Source: an uncultured Pseudomonadota bacterium
Lineage (GTDB): Bacteria; Babelota; Babeliae; Babelales; RVW-14
Length of the DNA: 64,000 nt
Assembly: GCA_964534555.1 (NCBI GenBank)
Contig: CAZHRK010000003.1
Span: 1 to 64,000 of the forward strand
Reading direction: 5' to 3'
The notes below the pieces were generated by a model. That model made no database searches. It was not told the origin of the DNA and saw only the letters and a list, made by a program, of their open reading frames with translations. Below are positions 27,853-38,800 of this stretch, piece by piece. Both the position numbers and the translations under genes were made by a program. Positions within the stretch are counted from its first letter, which is position 1. Each line of letters begins with the position of its first letter.

Positions 27853-28734
27853 TTATTTAAACTCATCTTGATAAAAAATAACAAACCCGAATAAAACAAT
27901 CCCGAGCGTTGCGAAAAAGTCCCACCCAATAGCCTCTTTGAAATAAAGCCAGCTTGTAGCACTTGCACTTATCGGCGCGATTAAGCTGCCAAGAGACATA
28001 AGTGTTGCTGATGTTGTTTTGAGCAGGTGTGCGTAGAGCTGATACGTTATAACGTTCGTTAGAATCATGATAAGCGCAAGCCAGCATCCAAATTGTAAGG
28101 GCTCTGCGATTGTTGCGTACGGCTCCATAAACCACGATGTAGAAAGCGACATGATCCCGCCCAGCAGCATCGTGTGGCCATTAATCCAAAAAGCTGACCG
28201 TGTTGTCCATCCTACGAGTTGTTTCATGATAATCCAGCCAAAACAAAATGCTGAGACAGAGACAATCATTGCAAGCTCTGGCCATGAAATCTTCCAGAAA
28301 ATATCAAGGTTTGCTTCAGAGGCTGATTGCACCATGATAGATGGTACTATGCCGCAAAAACCGATAGTCACACCGAGTAATTTTTTCCAGGTAATGCGCT
28401 CGCTGAGCAAAAGCACTGAAAATATAAATGAAACAAACGGGCTTAGGTTATAAATGAGCGCTGTTTTGCCTACTGTCATGTATCCAAGCGCGTAATAACG
28501 CAGGACATAAGGTAGAAATATGCCAATACTGCCTATGAGCGCTAATGATTTGATCATCTCTTTTGAGTACACAAATCGCTCTTTTCTAAAAAAGCGTGCG
28601 TATGAAAGCAAAAGGGTTCCTGCAAGTGTCATTCTGATGCCGATTAGATAAAGCGGCGGGGCAAATTGAAGCAGGATTTTGCTTATGGTAAAGGTTGATC
28701 CATAAATAATGTTAAGAAGAATGATCGCGAGCAT
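27853..28734 (-). CDS. DMT superfamily (EamA-like) transporter
   Basis: 293 aa, 10 TM. Confidence 0.75.
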   Translation of the reverse strand: MLAIILLNIIYGSTFTISKILLQFAPPLYLIGIRMTLAGTLLLSYARFFRKERFVYSKEMIKSLALIGSIGIFLPYVLRYYALGYMTVGKTALIYNLSPFVSFIFSVLLLSERITWKKLLGVTIGFCGIVPSIMVQSASEANLDIFWKISWPELAMIVSVSAFCFGWIIMKQLVGWTTRSAFWINGHTMLLGGIMSLSTSWFMEPYATIAEPLQFGCWLALIMILTNVITYQLYAHLLKTTSATLMSLGSLIAPISASATSWLYFKEAIGWDFFATLGIVLFGFVIFYQDEFK

Positions 28735-28790
28735 AGTCTTTTTTGTCCTCTTTGTTAGACTAAACCCCTAGTCTAGCAGAAAGGAAGCAG

Positions 28791-29264
28791 ATGAAGAATA
28801 CACAAATTAAAACACATATTCTTTTGGCGTCATTACTTTTTGCCGGTTGTGGCAACGCACACGAGCAAAAAGCTGCTGAAACAGCCAAAGAGACAAAAAA
28901 AGAGGCTCCTATGACAGCAGTACAAGATCTAAAAATTGAAGTTTTAAATCCAGCGGCAGAAACAGCTCAAGCTGCAGTTGTTGGCAGAAAAGCGGTTGTG
29001 CATTACACAGGCTGGCTGCTTGAAAATGGTACACTTGGCCGCAAGTTTGATAGCAGTGTTGATCGTGGTGAGCCGTTTGAATTCATTCTAGGTGTAGGCT
29101 ACGTCATTAAGGGATGGGATCTTACAGTTGCTAAAATGAAAAAAGGCGAAAAAGTAAGAGCTACTATTCCTTCTCATCTTGGATACGGTGCTCGTGGTGC
29201 TGGGGCAGTGATTCCGCCTAATGCAACCCTTGTTTTTGATATCGAGCTTTTGGATATTAAGTAA
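28791..29264 (+). CDS. FKBP-type peptidyl-prolyl cis-trans isomerase lipoprotein
   Basis: Lipobox LLFAGCGN; FKBP domain VVHYTGWLLENGTLGRKFDSS...GVGYVIKGWD...LVFDIELLDIK. Confidence 0.8.
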   Translation: MKNTQIKTHILLASLLFAGCGNAHEQKAAETAKETKKEAPMTAVQDLKIEVLNPAAETAQAAVVGRKAVVHYTGWLLENGTLGRKFDSSVDRGEPFEFILGVGYVIKGWDLTVAKMKKGEKVRATIPSHLGYGARGAGAVIPPNATLVFDIELLDIK

Positions 29265-29287
29265 ATCTTAGTATTTTCAACAGTTTT

Positions 29288-29313
29288 AAGGGGCCCGCTT
29301 TAGCGGGCCCCTT
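29288..29313 (+). terminator. rho-independent terminator (11-bp stem)
   Basis: aaggggcccgc-ttta-gcgggcccctttt after stop 29264. Confidence 0.6.
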
Positions 29314-29505
29314 TTATTTAAAAGTGCAAAAAACGCTTATTTTTGTATCAAAAAGCACTATTTTGTTAGGTTTCTAAGCTGTTTTATACGTGTTAAACTT
29401 ATAGTGGTATTATTGATTCATAAGTTGATTCACGTAATTACAATCTCAATTTCTAAGCATTTTATACTAAATACGCTGTAGTTACAGAGCGAGGTAGGGG
29501 TAATA

Positions 29506-31446
29506 ATGATGGTACGTAATTTAAAGCTGGTTCTTTTGTGTGCATTTTTTGCACATGGATTTATGTATCCAGCATCCTCTTCACGAGGGTTCTTTTCGTC
29601 GATTTTAGATTTTTTAGGTTATGGGACATCGTTTTTTTCTACTGATGCTTTAAGGCCAGAGCCTGTCGATGACTCGCTTGTTATTTCGTATGTCGGTAAT
29701 GAACCAGTCGGACATCCATTTAGTGTGTTACCGTGTCTCCAGCAAAGACAAAGAATCAAGTCAGGTGAGCTTGCCTTAAAAGATGCCTCTTATAACGGCT
29801 GGGAGTGCGGTTTTTACTCTATTTATCACGCGCTCAAATCAGCAGGGCTGTATCCGGCGCCATCTGGTGCTGCCGGTGCTGCTAGTGCCGCTGCCGCAGG
29901 AGGAGCTGCCGCAGGTGCGCCAGCTGCAGGAAGATTTGATTGCCATGAGTATCGAGCTTTTTGGGATAACTTTGTTCAAAAAGACCGCGACTTGCGTGCA
30001 CGATACCCTGGCTGCAGAGTTCTTGATCCAACAGTTTATTCATTTGGAGCGCGCAGTACTGGTGGGATAGAGTTGCCAAATAGTGAGATTTTAAAACTTA
30101 TAGTTGGCTTAACGATTTTACCTGAGGCCACCCTCGATACGTACTATCGTAATCGATCAGACCTCGGACCTGCTGATGGTAGATTTCAAGAGTTGTGGGC
30201 ATCTGTACAAGCTGCTCACCCATCACTTTTTATTATAGACAAAGATCTTATTTTAGGACTTGCTGCAGGTGAGGATGTCCAACCAATTCTCCAATTAATG
30301 CGTGATCAAGGTGATGCCCTGCGTGTTATTATCTCTACTGGAGCTCATTGGATCTGTTTTGGGAAGATTCCTGGCGAGCAGGGGCTTTATTGTTTTGATT
30401 CGTATCAGACAGCTGGATTGGGTCGTGTTGGCCGAGATGTTACAGACTTAGGTGAGTTGCTTGCAGCGCGATTGTTTAGGCCTGCAGATGCTGCTACTCA
30501 TGCATTAGTTGATCGTATGAGGGAAGCGGCGCTTATGCCTCAAATGCAAGCGCTTTGGGATGCGGCAGAAGATAAAAGAAAAAAAGATGAAGCACTTAAG
30601 ACTGCTCTAGCAGCGTCTTCTGGTCCTGCTGTTTCTTTAGTAAGTGATGCGCCTGAAGAGCGTACACTAGCTTCAAAGCGCTCACGCGCTGAAGCTAATC
30701 TTGAAAAAGTTTCCCGACCTAAGGCAAAGCGATCACGTAAACTACAAACAACTATCCCGTTTTCTGTTGTTGAAACAGAGGCATCAGCTAAAGGAAATAC
30801 TCATGTATTTGCTGCAATTGCAGCCTACAGAGAGCTTATGGAAGATGATGCTATTACGCCTGATTCTATCTGTGCTGCTTTTGGCACCAGTGTTGATGCT
30901 TTATCTAAATATGATGCGCAAACCATTTTGGAAATGATTGATCACGAACATGATGTAATCATTTTTAATCAGCTGTTTCATGGTAACATTTCTCATGTTG
31001 TAAGAAATCGTTCATGGGTTGGAAAAATTCACCAACTACGACAAGCGCTTCGTTCTGGAGAGCGTGCTGTTTTTATTATGCCTGTAGCCGCTGATCATTT
31101 GGTTTGCTGTGTTCTTGATGAGGATACTACAACAGGTGAGATGGAAATTAAAATTTTTGATCCGCTTAATCCAACCGCAGCAGATGGTACGGTACTTGAT
31201 CCTATTTACACCGTCTTACAAAACCTATTATTACGCGACAAGTTTGTTACCCTTGACTCATTTGACTCACTAAACGCAGCATTAAAAAGAATTAAGCCAG
31301 GTGCGACATTGTCAGCAGCAAAAAGGGTTCTTGGTAAGACTAAATCAGAGCTTTTTTCAGCAGATGAATTGCGCGCACTCCTGCGTTCAGTTAATCCAGA
31401 AGAACTCGTTATAGACTCTGATTCATCAGAGAGCGATGACGAGTAA
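29506..31446 (+). CDS. secreted two-domain protein; N-terminal putative Cys/His papain-fold hydrolase (UCH/OTU-like)
   Basis: Signal peptide MMVRNLKLVLLCAFFAHG. NGWECGFYSIYHAL resembles the UCH Cys box NxCGx3(LI)(LI)HA(LI) and the OTU DGNCxFY; distal GAHWICFG His box. Ala/Gly-rich linker, Lys/Glu-rich central region, acidic C-terminal DSDSSESDDE. Paralog of 6097..7050. Confidence 0.5.
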   Translation: MMVRNLKLVLLCAFFAHGFMYPASSSRGFFSSILDFLGYGTSFFSTDALRPEPVDDSLVISYVGNEPVGHPFSVLPCLQQRQRIKSGELALKDASYNGWECGFYSIYHALKSAGLYPAPSGAAGAASAAAAGGAAAGAPAAGRFDCHEYRAFWDNFVQKDRDLRARYPGCRVLDPTVYSFGARSTGGIELPNSEILKLIVGLTILPEATLDTYYRNRSDLGPADGRFQELWASVQAAHPSLFIIDKDLILGLAAGEDVQPILQLMRDQGDALRVIISTGAHWICFGKIPGEQGLYCFDSYQTAGLGRVGRDVTDLGELLAARLFRPADAATHALVDRMREAALMPQMQALWDAAEDKRKKDEALKTALAASSGPAVSLVSDAPEERTLASKRSRAEANLEKVSRPKAKRSRKLQTTIPFSVVETEASAKGNTHVFAAIAAYRELMEDDAITPDSICAAFGTSVDALSKYDAQTILEMIDHEHDVIIFNQLFHGNISHVVRNRSWVGKIHQLRQALRSGERAVFIMPVAADHLVCCVLDEDTTTGEMEIKIFDPLNPTAADGTVLDPIYTVLQNLLLRDKFVTLDSFDSLNAALKRIKPGATLSAAKRVLGKTKSELFSADELRALLRSVNPEELVIDSDSSESDDE

Positions 31447-31521
31447 TTTTTCTCACAACAGGCTTGATATCTAGAGCAATTATTGCATAGCCTTCATGCA
31501 GACCTAATTAAAGGGGACAGC

Positions 31522-31950
31522 ATGAAGGCTTTTTTATTGTCCGCGCTTATACTATCAAGCTATGTAGACCTTTCTGCCTGTGCATCATGGTGCTCATGGC
31601 TATCCGCGTGCTGCTGTGCAGATCCAACGTATATCGAGATGTCAACGGGTTATCCGTTTAAGTATTCAGAGCTCTCTTATGCTCTTAATAAGTTAATGAT
31701 ATTACCCCCTGAGGCACTTGATCAAATAGGCGATTTATACTGGGGCGTCACTAGTTCCTTGGGTGAGCCAACAGCAAAATATCTTGAAGCTGAAGGAATT
31801 TTGCATGGTGGCTGTTTTGTATTTATTTTTGATTTGGCTATCAGGCGCGCAGTATTAAAGCATGAGATCTTTTATACTGACGGCCAATCAAGGTATCGGA
31901 TTGCTTCGATTGAATCAGTCCTTGCTCAGGCGGGAATCGAAGAGGCATAA
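31522..31950 (+). CDS. hypothetical secreted Cys-rich small protein
   Basis: MKAFLLSALILSSYVDLSACASWCSWLSACCCADP; RBS aaagggga. Confidence 0.45.
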   Translation: MKAFLLSALILSSYVDLSACASWCSWLSACCCADPTYIEMSTGYPFKYSELSYALNKLMILPPEALDQIGDLYWGVTSSLGEPTAKYLEAEGILHGGCFVFIFDLAIRRAVLKHEIFYTDGQSRYRIASIESVLAQAGIEEA

Positions 31951-32030
31951 TAAAAAATCTATGTTTAGCTGCTGCTCTTTGTGTAAAATCCCAACAGGGT
32001 AATTTTTTTACGTATGGGGTAGGGGTTCTT

Positions 32031-32765
32031 ATGAATAAAGTACGTTTATTAGGTTTTTCGCTGCTTGCTTTAGGCTGTTTTTTTTCAGGTCTTAAATCTG
32101 CTGCTGCGCCAGCGCCTGCAACGGTTGAGGCTGTTGATGCTGGATGTTGTGGTGGATGCGGCCTATGGGTTCGTGCTGCTGCGCCAGTTGCTTTTCAGAT
32201 AGCGGGGACAGTCGTAACTGCTGCGCTTGCAGCTGCAGCTGATGGTGGAGATGGTGCTGCAGTAGGTGAGGCAATCACAACAGCTCTATTTAGTAATGCA
32301 GATAAATTTGCAGCTACAGCTGTTAAAGGTGTAGAGCATGCGCTCAGAGAGCTTATGCGCACAAACCCTGGTCTTTTTAACAAGCTTAATGCTGTTGCAC
32401 GCGGTGCTTCAGGTGCATGGGAGAGTCTGACCCCAGTAGATCGTGCAAATCTTGTAAAAATTGGTCTTCTCCATGGAACAGCCGCTTCAGCAACATTGCC
32501 TGTTGAGCTTCGCGCTATGATTATGGCTCTGTGTGCTGATATCTCTGCAACAACGAGCCGTAGTGCAGCTGCAGGGTACACGCTGGTTGGTGTTGCTGGA
32601 AATGTGAATTTGGTTCCACTTCGTTCATGGGACGCCGGAGTATCTGCAGTAGCTACACGTAGCGCTGCGTATGCAGTCAGAGAAGGTCGTGAGGTTGGAA
32701 TGCTTCTTGGTGCAGTACTTGAAAGGTCTGTAACCGAGACTCATGCTGGCGAGCGCCGTAGCTAA
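32031..32765 (+). CDS. hypothetical secreted Ala-rich protein
   Basis: Signal peptide; Ala-rich, locally elevated GC; resembles 50264 and 50967 ORFs in composition. Confidence 0.5.
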   Translation: MNKVRLLGFSLLALGCFFSGLKSAAAPAPATVEAVDAGCCGGCGLWVRAAAPVAFQIAGTVVTAALAAAADGGDGAAVGEAITTALFSNADKFAATAVKGVEHALRELMRTNPGLFNKLNAVARGASGAWESLTPVDRANLVKIGLLHGTAASATLPVELRAMIMALCADISATTSRSAAAGYTLVGVAGNVNLVPLRSWDAGVSAVATRSAAYAVREGREVGMLLGAVLERSVTETHAGERRS

Positions 32766-32797
32766 GAGATTTTTTGCTGAATAAAGAGCATGAAAAA

Positions 32798-32820
32798 AGG
32801 GACCTGAATTTCAGGTCCCT
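32798..32820. terminator. bidirectional terminator
   Basis: agggacctg-aattt-caggtccct flanked by A6/T4 between 32765 (+) and rpmH stop 32831 (-). Confidence 0.6.
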
Positions 32821-32830
32821 TTTAAACTTT

Positions 32831-32965
32831 TTAAGCACCGAGGCGAACGCGACGAGCTGAACGACGGCGAGCGATAATCTTGCGGCCGTTTCTGGTTTTC
32901 ATTCTTGTACGAAAACCGTGCTTTTTTCTTCTGCGACGATTGCTCGGTTGGTATGTTACTGACAT
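32831..32965 (-). CDS. rpmH: 50S ribosomal protein L34
   Basis: 44 codons, [44 protein letters not shown] (too short for the ORF track); RBS aggaga. Confidence 0.85.
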   Translation of the reverse strand: MSVTYQPSNRRRRKKHGFRTRMKTRNGRKIIARRRSARRVRLGA

Positions 32966-33026
32966 AGTGTCTCCTGGTCCACTTCATTGATGTGATTACT
33001 TGTGCACAAATAATATCGATGCAGGC

Positions 33027-33055
33027 ATTCTACTGGAATCGCGGCCTTTTGGCAA
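33027..33055 (-). promoter_or_regulatory. candidate sigma70 promoter of rpmH
   Basis: On minus strand TTGCCA - 17 bp - TAGAAT, about 60 nt upstream of rpmH ATG. Confidence 0.35.
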
Positions 33056-33090
33056 GTCAAAATTACCGCAAAACATTACAGATAGAATTT

Positions 33091-34092
33091 TTACAAATAA
33101 GGGACAGGTCCATCATCGTCAAAAATTGATGATTCATCGCCTTCGCTCTCCACCGGGGTGTCTTTTATGCCATAAAGCTCTTCAAGTGTTTGTTGGGTAG
33201 TTGGGTCTGCTATTTCATCCTCAAGGCTATACCCTTGAGCACCCTCTGCGGGCTTCACTTTTGGCTTTTGGGCTACTTTTGAGGTTGCTGGATGAGTTAT
33301 GGTGGGGGTGGGCTCTGAAATCAATTCATCGTCAGCGTTGTCGGCTTCATCGTTTGTTTTGTTTTCTGGTGTTTGCTCACGTGAAAGCACACTGTCAAAA
33401 TCGCTTGATGCTTCAGCTGCGTCGAAAGGCTTTGCTTCATCTGGTTCTTCAGCGTCTTCATCAGTGTAGAAGGGACTTTGTTTTTTTGCTGCTAATGCTT
33501 GATCTGCAATGCTTTTTTTAATTTTTTCTAGCGAGCTGCCCATCGCATCAACAACTTTATCGCTTACAGCTCGTTTTGCTTGCTTGAGTGCTTGGCTTGC
33601 TGTTTTTGCCATTCGTTCTTGGGCCTGTTTTTTATTCCGGGCGCTATCTTCTTTGTACTCTTCAACTTTTGTTTTGGCAGTTTCTTTAACGTCGCTGACT
33701 TTGTCTTTAAGTCGATCTGTCAGACTTGGTCCTGTGGCACCATATTTTTCACCTCGTGCAGCACTGCGCGCAGCTGCCTGGGCATCTTTTTTTTCTTTTC
33801 GCTGTGCATCAATAACTTTTTGCTCTGCGGCCCGTATTTTGTCTTCTGTTCGCTCTTGGGCTGTACGACGTTTAAGCGCAAGCTCCTCTTTGTAGTCTCG
33901 CGCTGCTTCTGCTGCGCTTTTTTCTTTTGTCTCAGTTTTTACTTCTTGTTTGGGTGGAGCGACTGATTTCTTTCTTACGGAGATGCTCTCAACAGCGCTT
34001 GATGGTTCAAGCAGTTCATCATAATCAGTTGCGCACTCTATGGGTGAAAAGAACTGCAGCCCAATAAGTGCAGATAACAATTTTTTTTTCAT
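33091..34092 (-). CDS. secreted highly charged (Lys/Glu/Ala) coiled-coil protein with acidic C-terminus
   Basis: Signal peptide MKKKLLSALIGLQFFSPIECA; the codon bias of the K/E/A-rich body generates several antisense shadow ORFs (33201..33966). Confidence 0.55.
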   Translation of the reverse strand: MKKKLLSALIGLQFFSPIECATDYDELLEPSSAVESISVRKKSVAPPKQEVKTETKEKSAAEAARDYKEELALKRRTAQERTEDKIRAAEQKVIDAQRKEKKDAQAAARSAARGEKYGATGPSLTDRLKDKVSDVKETAKTKVEEYKEDSARNKKQAQERMAKTASQALKQAKRAVSDKVVDAMGSSLEKIKKSIADQALAAKKQSPFYTDEDAEEPDEAKPFDAAEASSDFDSVLSREQTPENKTNDEADNADDELISEPTPTITHPATSKVAQKPKVKPAEGAQGYSLEDEIADPTTQQTLEELYGIKDTPVESEGDESSIFDDDGPVPYL

Positions 34093-34109
34093 AATATTCT
34101 CAAGATCAG

Positions 34110-35468
34110 CTATTTAGAAATCATATGAATGATGTGATTGATCGTTTTCTCACGCGTTACAGTATGCAGCAGCGTGCCAAAGTTAATCGGCATATCTGCG
34201 TCTTCGATGTGATTAATAAGCGGCTTGAAATAAACGAATTCACGCAGGCGCTTATTTGAAATAAGGTGTAGGTAGTTAATAATGTCGCGTACGTCTGCCT
34301 GTATGTTTTCTGATTGACTGATCTGGTCAATAATAATTTCTTCTTTAAGTTGCTTTTCTGCAAGGAGTTGCACGAATTCTTCAAAGTCTCTCTGGGTTTT
34401 ATACACGTTGTAATCGGGCTGGCTAGAGAGCATGTTCATGATGAGCTCTTCTCTTCGAAGTACAAGGTGCTTCGGCACCTCAAATCTGTGCTTTGAGAGG
34501 AGCAAATGAAAGACTTCTTCTATAATTGCTTTTCTTTGGGAGATATCGTTTCTGTATGAGAAGATCTCCATTAGTTTGTTATGAATATCTTGTTTGCTCT
34601 TAAGCTTGTACGTTGATTTGAAGATATCAAGTGAGAGGATGCCGCCCTTAATAATCGTTTTGATTGTGATAAGAAATTTGTACGAGCGGTTATCAATAGC
34701 GTCATCAGGGTGAAGAACTAAGTCTGTGGTATAAAATTGCTCGTTAATTTTTTTGCCTATCATCTGGCATATAAATGCTTCAGAGGCATCTTGATGGCTA
34801 ATACGCACCCAAAAAGTGCTTTTAAGCGATGCATCAAGTGGATGGTTGTTTTTATCAACAATTTCAGACTCAAACATTACCCAGTCATTAGTTTCAACAA
34901 CAGAGCTTAAAATTTTATCGTTTGATGGCCTGCTATCAATAAAACTAATTACTTGTTTATCAAGGTCTTTATATTTTTTACGCTTTGGTGATTTGAACGC
35001 AAAATGACGCCACTCTTTTAAGTCGCCATTATCAGCAATTGAGATATCAAAATGAAATTTAATATCTTGATTTGCTGTTGTTTCTGCGCCTGTTAAGCGT
35101 GGGTAATTTGCCACAATAATTTTATTGCCAGCAAGTTCATGAAAAAGAAAATCAACGACATGATGGTTGAATAGGTAGTTTTTCATTGAATTCTTGATCT
35201 GACCACCGTATGTGGCTTCGATATGGCTATCAGGAAGTACGCTTCCATCAAAACCTTCAAGATACATGTCTTTGAAAAGAGATATTGTGTGCTTTTTTAT
35301 GATGTCGACAACATTTCCATTAACCGTAACCGTTGCTTTAACAAGGTGAGATGATAACGGAATAAATGTGAATGAAAGGTGCTGGTATGCAGCTGTCGCT
35401 AATTTAGTGGTAATGCTTGATTCTAGTGAGCCCTGCTCAGACGTCAAATGCTCAAGTATTTCGCTCAT
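34110..35468 (-). CDS. cytoplasmic protein, possibly a divergent trigger factor
   Basis: 452 aa, no signal peptide, size and weak GFDGSVLP (~GFRKGKVP) N-domain resemblance to Tig; assignment tentative. Confidence 0.4.
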   Translation of the reverse strand: MSEILEHLTSEQGSLESSITTKLATAAYQHLSFTFIPLSSHLVKATVTVNGNVVDIIKKHTISLFKDMYLEGFDGSVLPDSHIEATYGGQIKNSMKNYLFNHHVVDFLFHELAGNKIIVANYPRLTGAETTANQDIKFHFDISIADNGDLKEWRHFAFKSPKRKKYKDLDKQVISFIDSRPSNDKILSSVVETNDWVMFESEIVDKNNHPLDASLKSTFWVRISHQDASEAFICQMIGKKINEQFYTTDLVLHPDDAIDNRSYKFLITIKTIIKGGILSLDIFKSTYKLKSKQDIHNKLMEIFSYRNDISQRKAIIEEVFHLLLSKHRFEVPKHLVLRREELIMNMLSSQPDYNVYKTQRDFEEFVQLLAEKQLKEEIIIDQISQSENIQADVRDIINYLHLISNKRLREFVYFKPLINHIEDADMPINFGTLLHTVTREKTINHIIHMISK

Positions 35469-35485
35469 ACCTGGTCTCCTTTTTA

Positions 35486-35572
35486 TGGTGCAAGAGGGGG
35501 GACTCGAACCCCCATCCTCTTACGAGGGCTAGCTCCTAAGGCTAGTGCGTCTACCAATTTCGCCACTCTTGC
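35486..35572 (-). tRNA. tRNA-Leu (anticodon TAG)
   Basis: GCAAGAGTGGCGAAATTGGTAGACGC...CTTAGGA anticodon loop, long variable arm, TTCGAGT T-loop, encoded CCA; 87 nt. Confidence 0.85.
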
Positions 35573-35666
35573 ATTAAAACATTTGCTCTCCACTCTACAC
35601 AGCATCGGCAGGCGGGGCAACATTTTTAGTTGACCGTAGTATGTTCGAAAAATGTTAAAGATCATC

Positions 35667-35742
35667 TGGTGGGTCGCCAGGGACTCGAACCCTGAACCTG
35701 CAGATTAAGAGTCTGTCGCTCTACCGATTGAGCTAGCAACCC
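35667..35742 (-). tRNA. tRNA-Lys (anticodon CTT)
   Basis: GGGTTGCTAGCTCAATCGGTAGAGC...CTCTTAA loop...GGTTCGAGTCC...GCGACCCACCA, 76 nt cloverleaf. Confidence 0.85.
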
Positions 35743-35866
35743 TCAATTTGTGCTACACATTCTAACAGATTCAGTTTGTAAAGCAAGGCGTTTTCATGCA
35801 AAAGGGGGAAGCATTAGTGCGGCTTCCCCCTTTGATTAATCCTCGTGATCAATAAATGCGCTAATG

Positions 35867-38800
35867 CTATTTCTTTTTAGCGGCTTTCTTTGACGCTGCT
35901 TTTTTAGCCGCAGGCGCACCTTTTGTTGCTTTTTTAGGCGCTGTTTTTACTACTGTTTTTGCCGGTGCCTCTGCTTCTGATCTCTTTTCAGCTGCGCTAG
36001 CAGCTGGTGCTTTATCTTCAGCTGCTTCTTTTGCTGGGGCTGGTTTTTCATCGCTTTCATCAGGCACTGCCGCTTTAGGCGCAGCAACTTTCTTACCGCT
36101 GAGCAGCCTATTATTAAGCGTGATATTTCTGAATGTCACCGGTGTTTCCCAGCAGCTTAGTCCTATCCAGCTTATGCCTTCAATAGGATATGGGTCCGTC
36201 CATGTGAGCGTTGTGCCATTAGCAGCCTGAATCGTTATTGTTCCGCTGCGTAGTGTGATAGTGATTTTAGTTGGTTGGAATGCATTCAGCACACCACTTG
36301 CAAATGCTTTCTTTGTGACGGATTTAAATGCTTTGCCAAGGCTTTGTAGTCTCATCGCAAGACAGCTGTTATCAAATGCTCCGAAATGTAATTCATAAAG
36401 TTCTTTGCCTGAATTGCGCACCATGCTGCTATCATCAGCAAAACAAACCATAGCGTCTTTAAGTCCCTCGACTTCAAAGCTCAGTGAGAGTTCATTTGTT
36501 GTGTCGCTTGTTACTGGTAGCCAGATATACTCACCATAACATTTATCAATTCGTAGTGAGCTGCTTGTTCTTAAAATCTGGTGAGCCATTTTGTTTGCCC
36601 AAACATAAACAACCTCACGTTGGTCTGATCCTGCGGGAATAAGGAAGCTGTTATTAATCGCTGATAGTAGCAAGTTAAGCATGCTGTTGATAACGCGTGG
36701 GTTTGGTGTAGCTGAGTCATAAAGTGTTGGGTAGCTCGTGATCAAAAGCTCAATTATGTCATTTATTTTTTGAGCTACAAAATCAGAAACAACGTATGAG
36801 TGCGTTAGCAGGTAGATCACGTCTTGTGTCATAACGACAAGGCGCTCGAAGTTCTCTGGCGTAGTTGGTTGGAGTGAGCTTGTTGCTCTCAGTGTTGCCT
36901 CAGCTGTCTTACGATTATTTCTTGCATCCTCTGGCACCATCGCTTCTCCCAGTGGGATGCGTTCTGGTGCGTCGACAAACACATAGCTATCGTGGCTTTT
37001 GAATGCAAATTTTGCTTGTCCAGCGATAATGTTAGCATTAAATTTTGCTTGTGCGGCAGCGGTTTCTAATTCAAGCGCGCGCTGTTGTGCTGCAGCAGCA
37101 GATTCAGCGCCAGAGAGATCTCGTTGCGCGGCTGCGACATATGCTTGACTTGACATGCCTGCTGTAATAATAGCTGCAGTACCAGATGCGGCGGCAAATC
37201 CGGCACCCACACCGGCGATAATAATATTGTCACTCATTGCCAGCGCGCCACCAACCTTAGCACCCACCGTTGCGGTTGTATCTGCAATTTTAAGGAGCGA
37301 GTCTCCTTGAGCTCGACTCACATCACCTTGGGCGCGGGCGAGTTCTTTAAGTCTCTCACCATCAGCGCGCATGATGTCTGCTTTTTGTCGCTCAAGTTCT
37401 GCTGAAGCAGCAGCCTGCACGATCATCTGTTTGATTTTTATTTCTTGTGGGTTTTCAGGTGCTTTTGTCCAATCAAGCTTTGGCGCACCATCTGGCATAA
37501 CCGTGAGTGTAAAGTAATACAGTGCGCCTTGTTGCGGTGTTGCTCCGGCATAAAACGTGGTGTTGTTTACCATGTCGTCAAATTTTACAGACTCGTTTAC
37601 CTGAGAGACTCTGTATGAAAAAGGAAGGATGATGGTGATATCGCCTTCATAAATATTACTGTCGCTTGTAGCTGTTTTGCGTGCGTATTGGGTTGAGCGC
37701 TCGAGTATGAGCTGAACCGCATCAGCTATTTCAACTTCTTTAATAAGCGCATCAGGGGCATCGGTTGTAAATCCAACTTCTCTGATATCTGTAAGTGGGT
37801 TTACATCTTGGTAGACAAATGATGTATCGTTTCCGATATTGCCGTACCCAATAATAAAACGACCATTATTGTAGCTCACCCAAGGCGTAATCTCGCTGTC
37901 TTTTGACAGGTAAAGACCGTCTATTTCAACAACATCGCATGATCCGCGCTGGACGTACGCACCTTTAATGAATTTATAAATTACAATTTTCTTAAAATCA
38001 TCATCACCAAAGGTAATCTTGTAATGTGGTTTTGTAAGGTCTTGCCCTTGTGCCAAAATGAGGGAAGTTTTACCGCTTGCTTTTAGCGTAAAGCCAAGGG
38101 AGCCTTGATCGGCTATTCTGAGTGGTGTTTTGGTCCAAAGTGCCGCGCTTCCTCCAGCGGGAACAGTAAGTGTTTCAGTGCCTTCGTAATAAATACGATC
38201 CTGTGGTCTTGTGACGATTGGTCCATAAATTTGTATTTCTGCAAATTCAACAAGCGTTTTATTTGAGGCAAAGCCTATGCGGTTTACAAGTGGCATTGGA
38301 TCGTCTGTGCGATACGCCATAAAGACGTTCTCGCCCGGTAGCCCCATCCCGACAAGGATCAGTCCGTTGTCGTATGTCACCCAGTATGGTGTAAAGTTTC
38401 CAGGAGAAACAGCTGCTAGCGGGTTTTCTTTAACATCAATAACACACACGACATCGTCAACTGGTTCGTTGTTTTGTATTGTGCGCTGAATGATTGATGC
38501 TTGGGTGTTTTTAGCCCCACCAATAACAACTTTGTAGTCAAATGTATTATTCACCTCGTGGCCAAGGACAACCTGAATATCACCTTGATCATCAGCTTTT
38601 GCAACAAATCCAACGGTGCATCGATTATTAACTGGGAACGATTCATTAAGCCATGCTGCGCCTTTTCCAAGAAGCGGTTGCAGCTTAAGTGATGCTCCTT
38701 TTTCAAGCTTGATTGATGTTTGCGCTGATCCTGAAACTGTCGGTCTTTGGCGTACTGGAATTTCAAAATCAACAGAGTCTTGTGGTGGCACATTCCCGCC

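Noticed and set aside
32092-32581. Q/H/L-rich and Ala-rich antisense ORFs opposite 32031..32765
   Set aside because: Compositional artefacts of the Ala-rich gene
33201-33966. Three overlapping plus-strand ORFs (106-128 aa) opposite the KE-rich coiled-coil gene
   Set aside because: Mirror the low-complexity K/E/A codons of the minus-strand gene, which has signal peptide and poly-K start
34110-35468. Confident trigger factor assignment
   Set aside because: Only weak motif resemblance (GFDGSVLP vs GFRKGKVP) plus length and lack of signal peptide; kept as tentative rather than asserted
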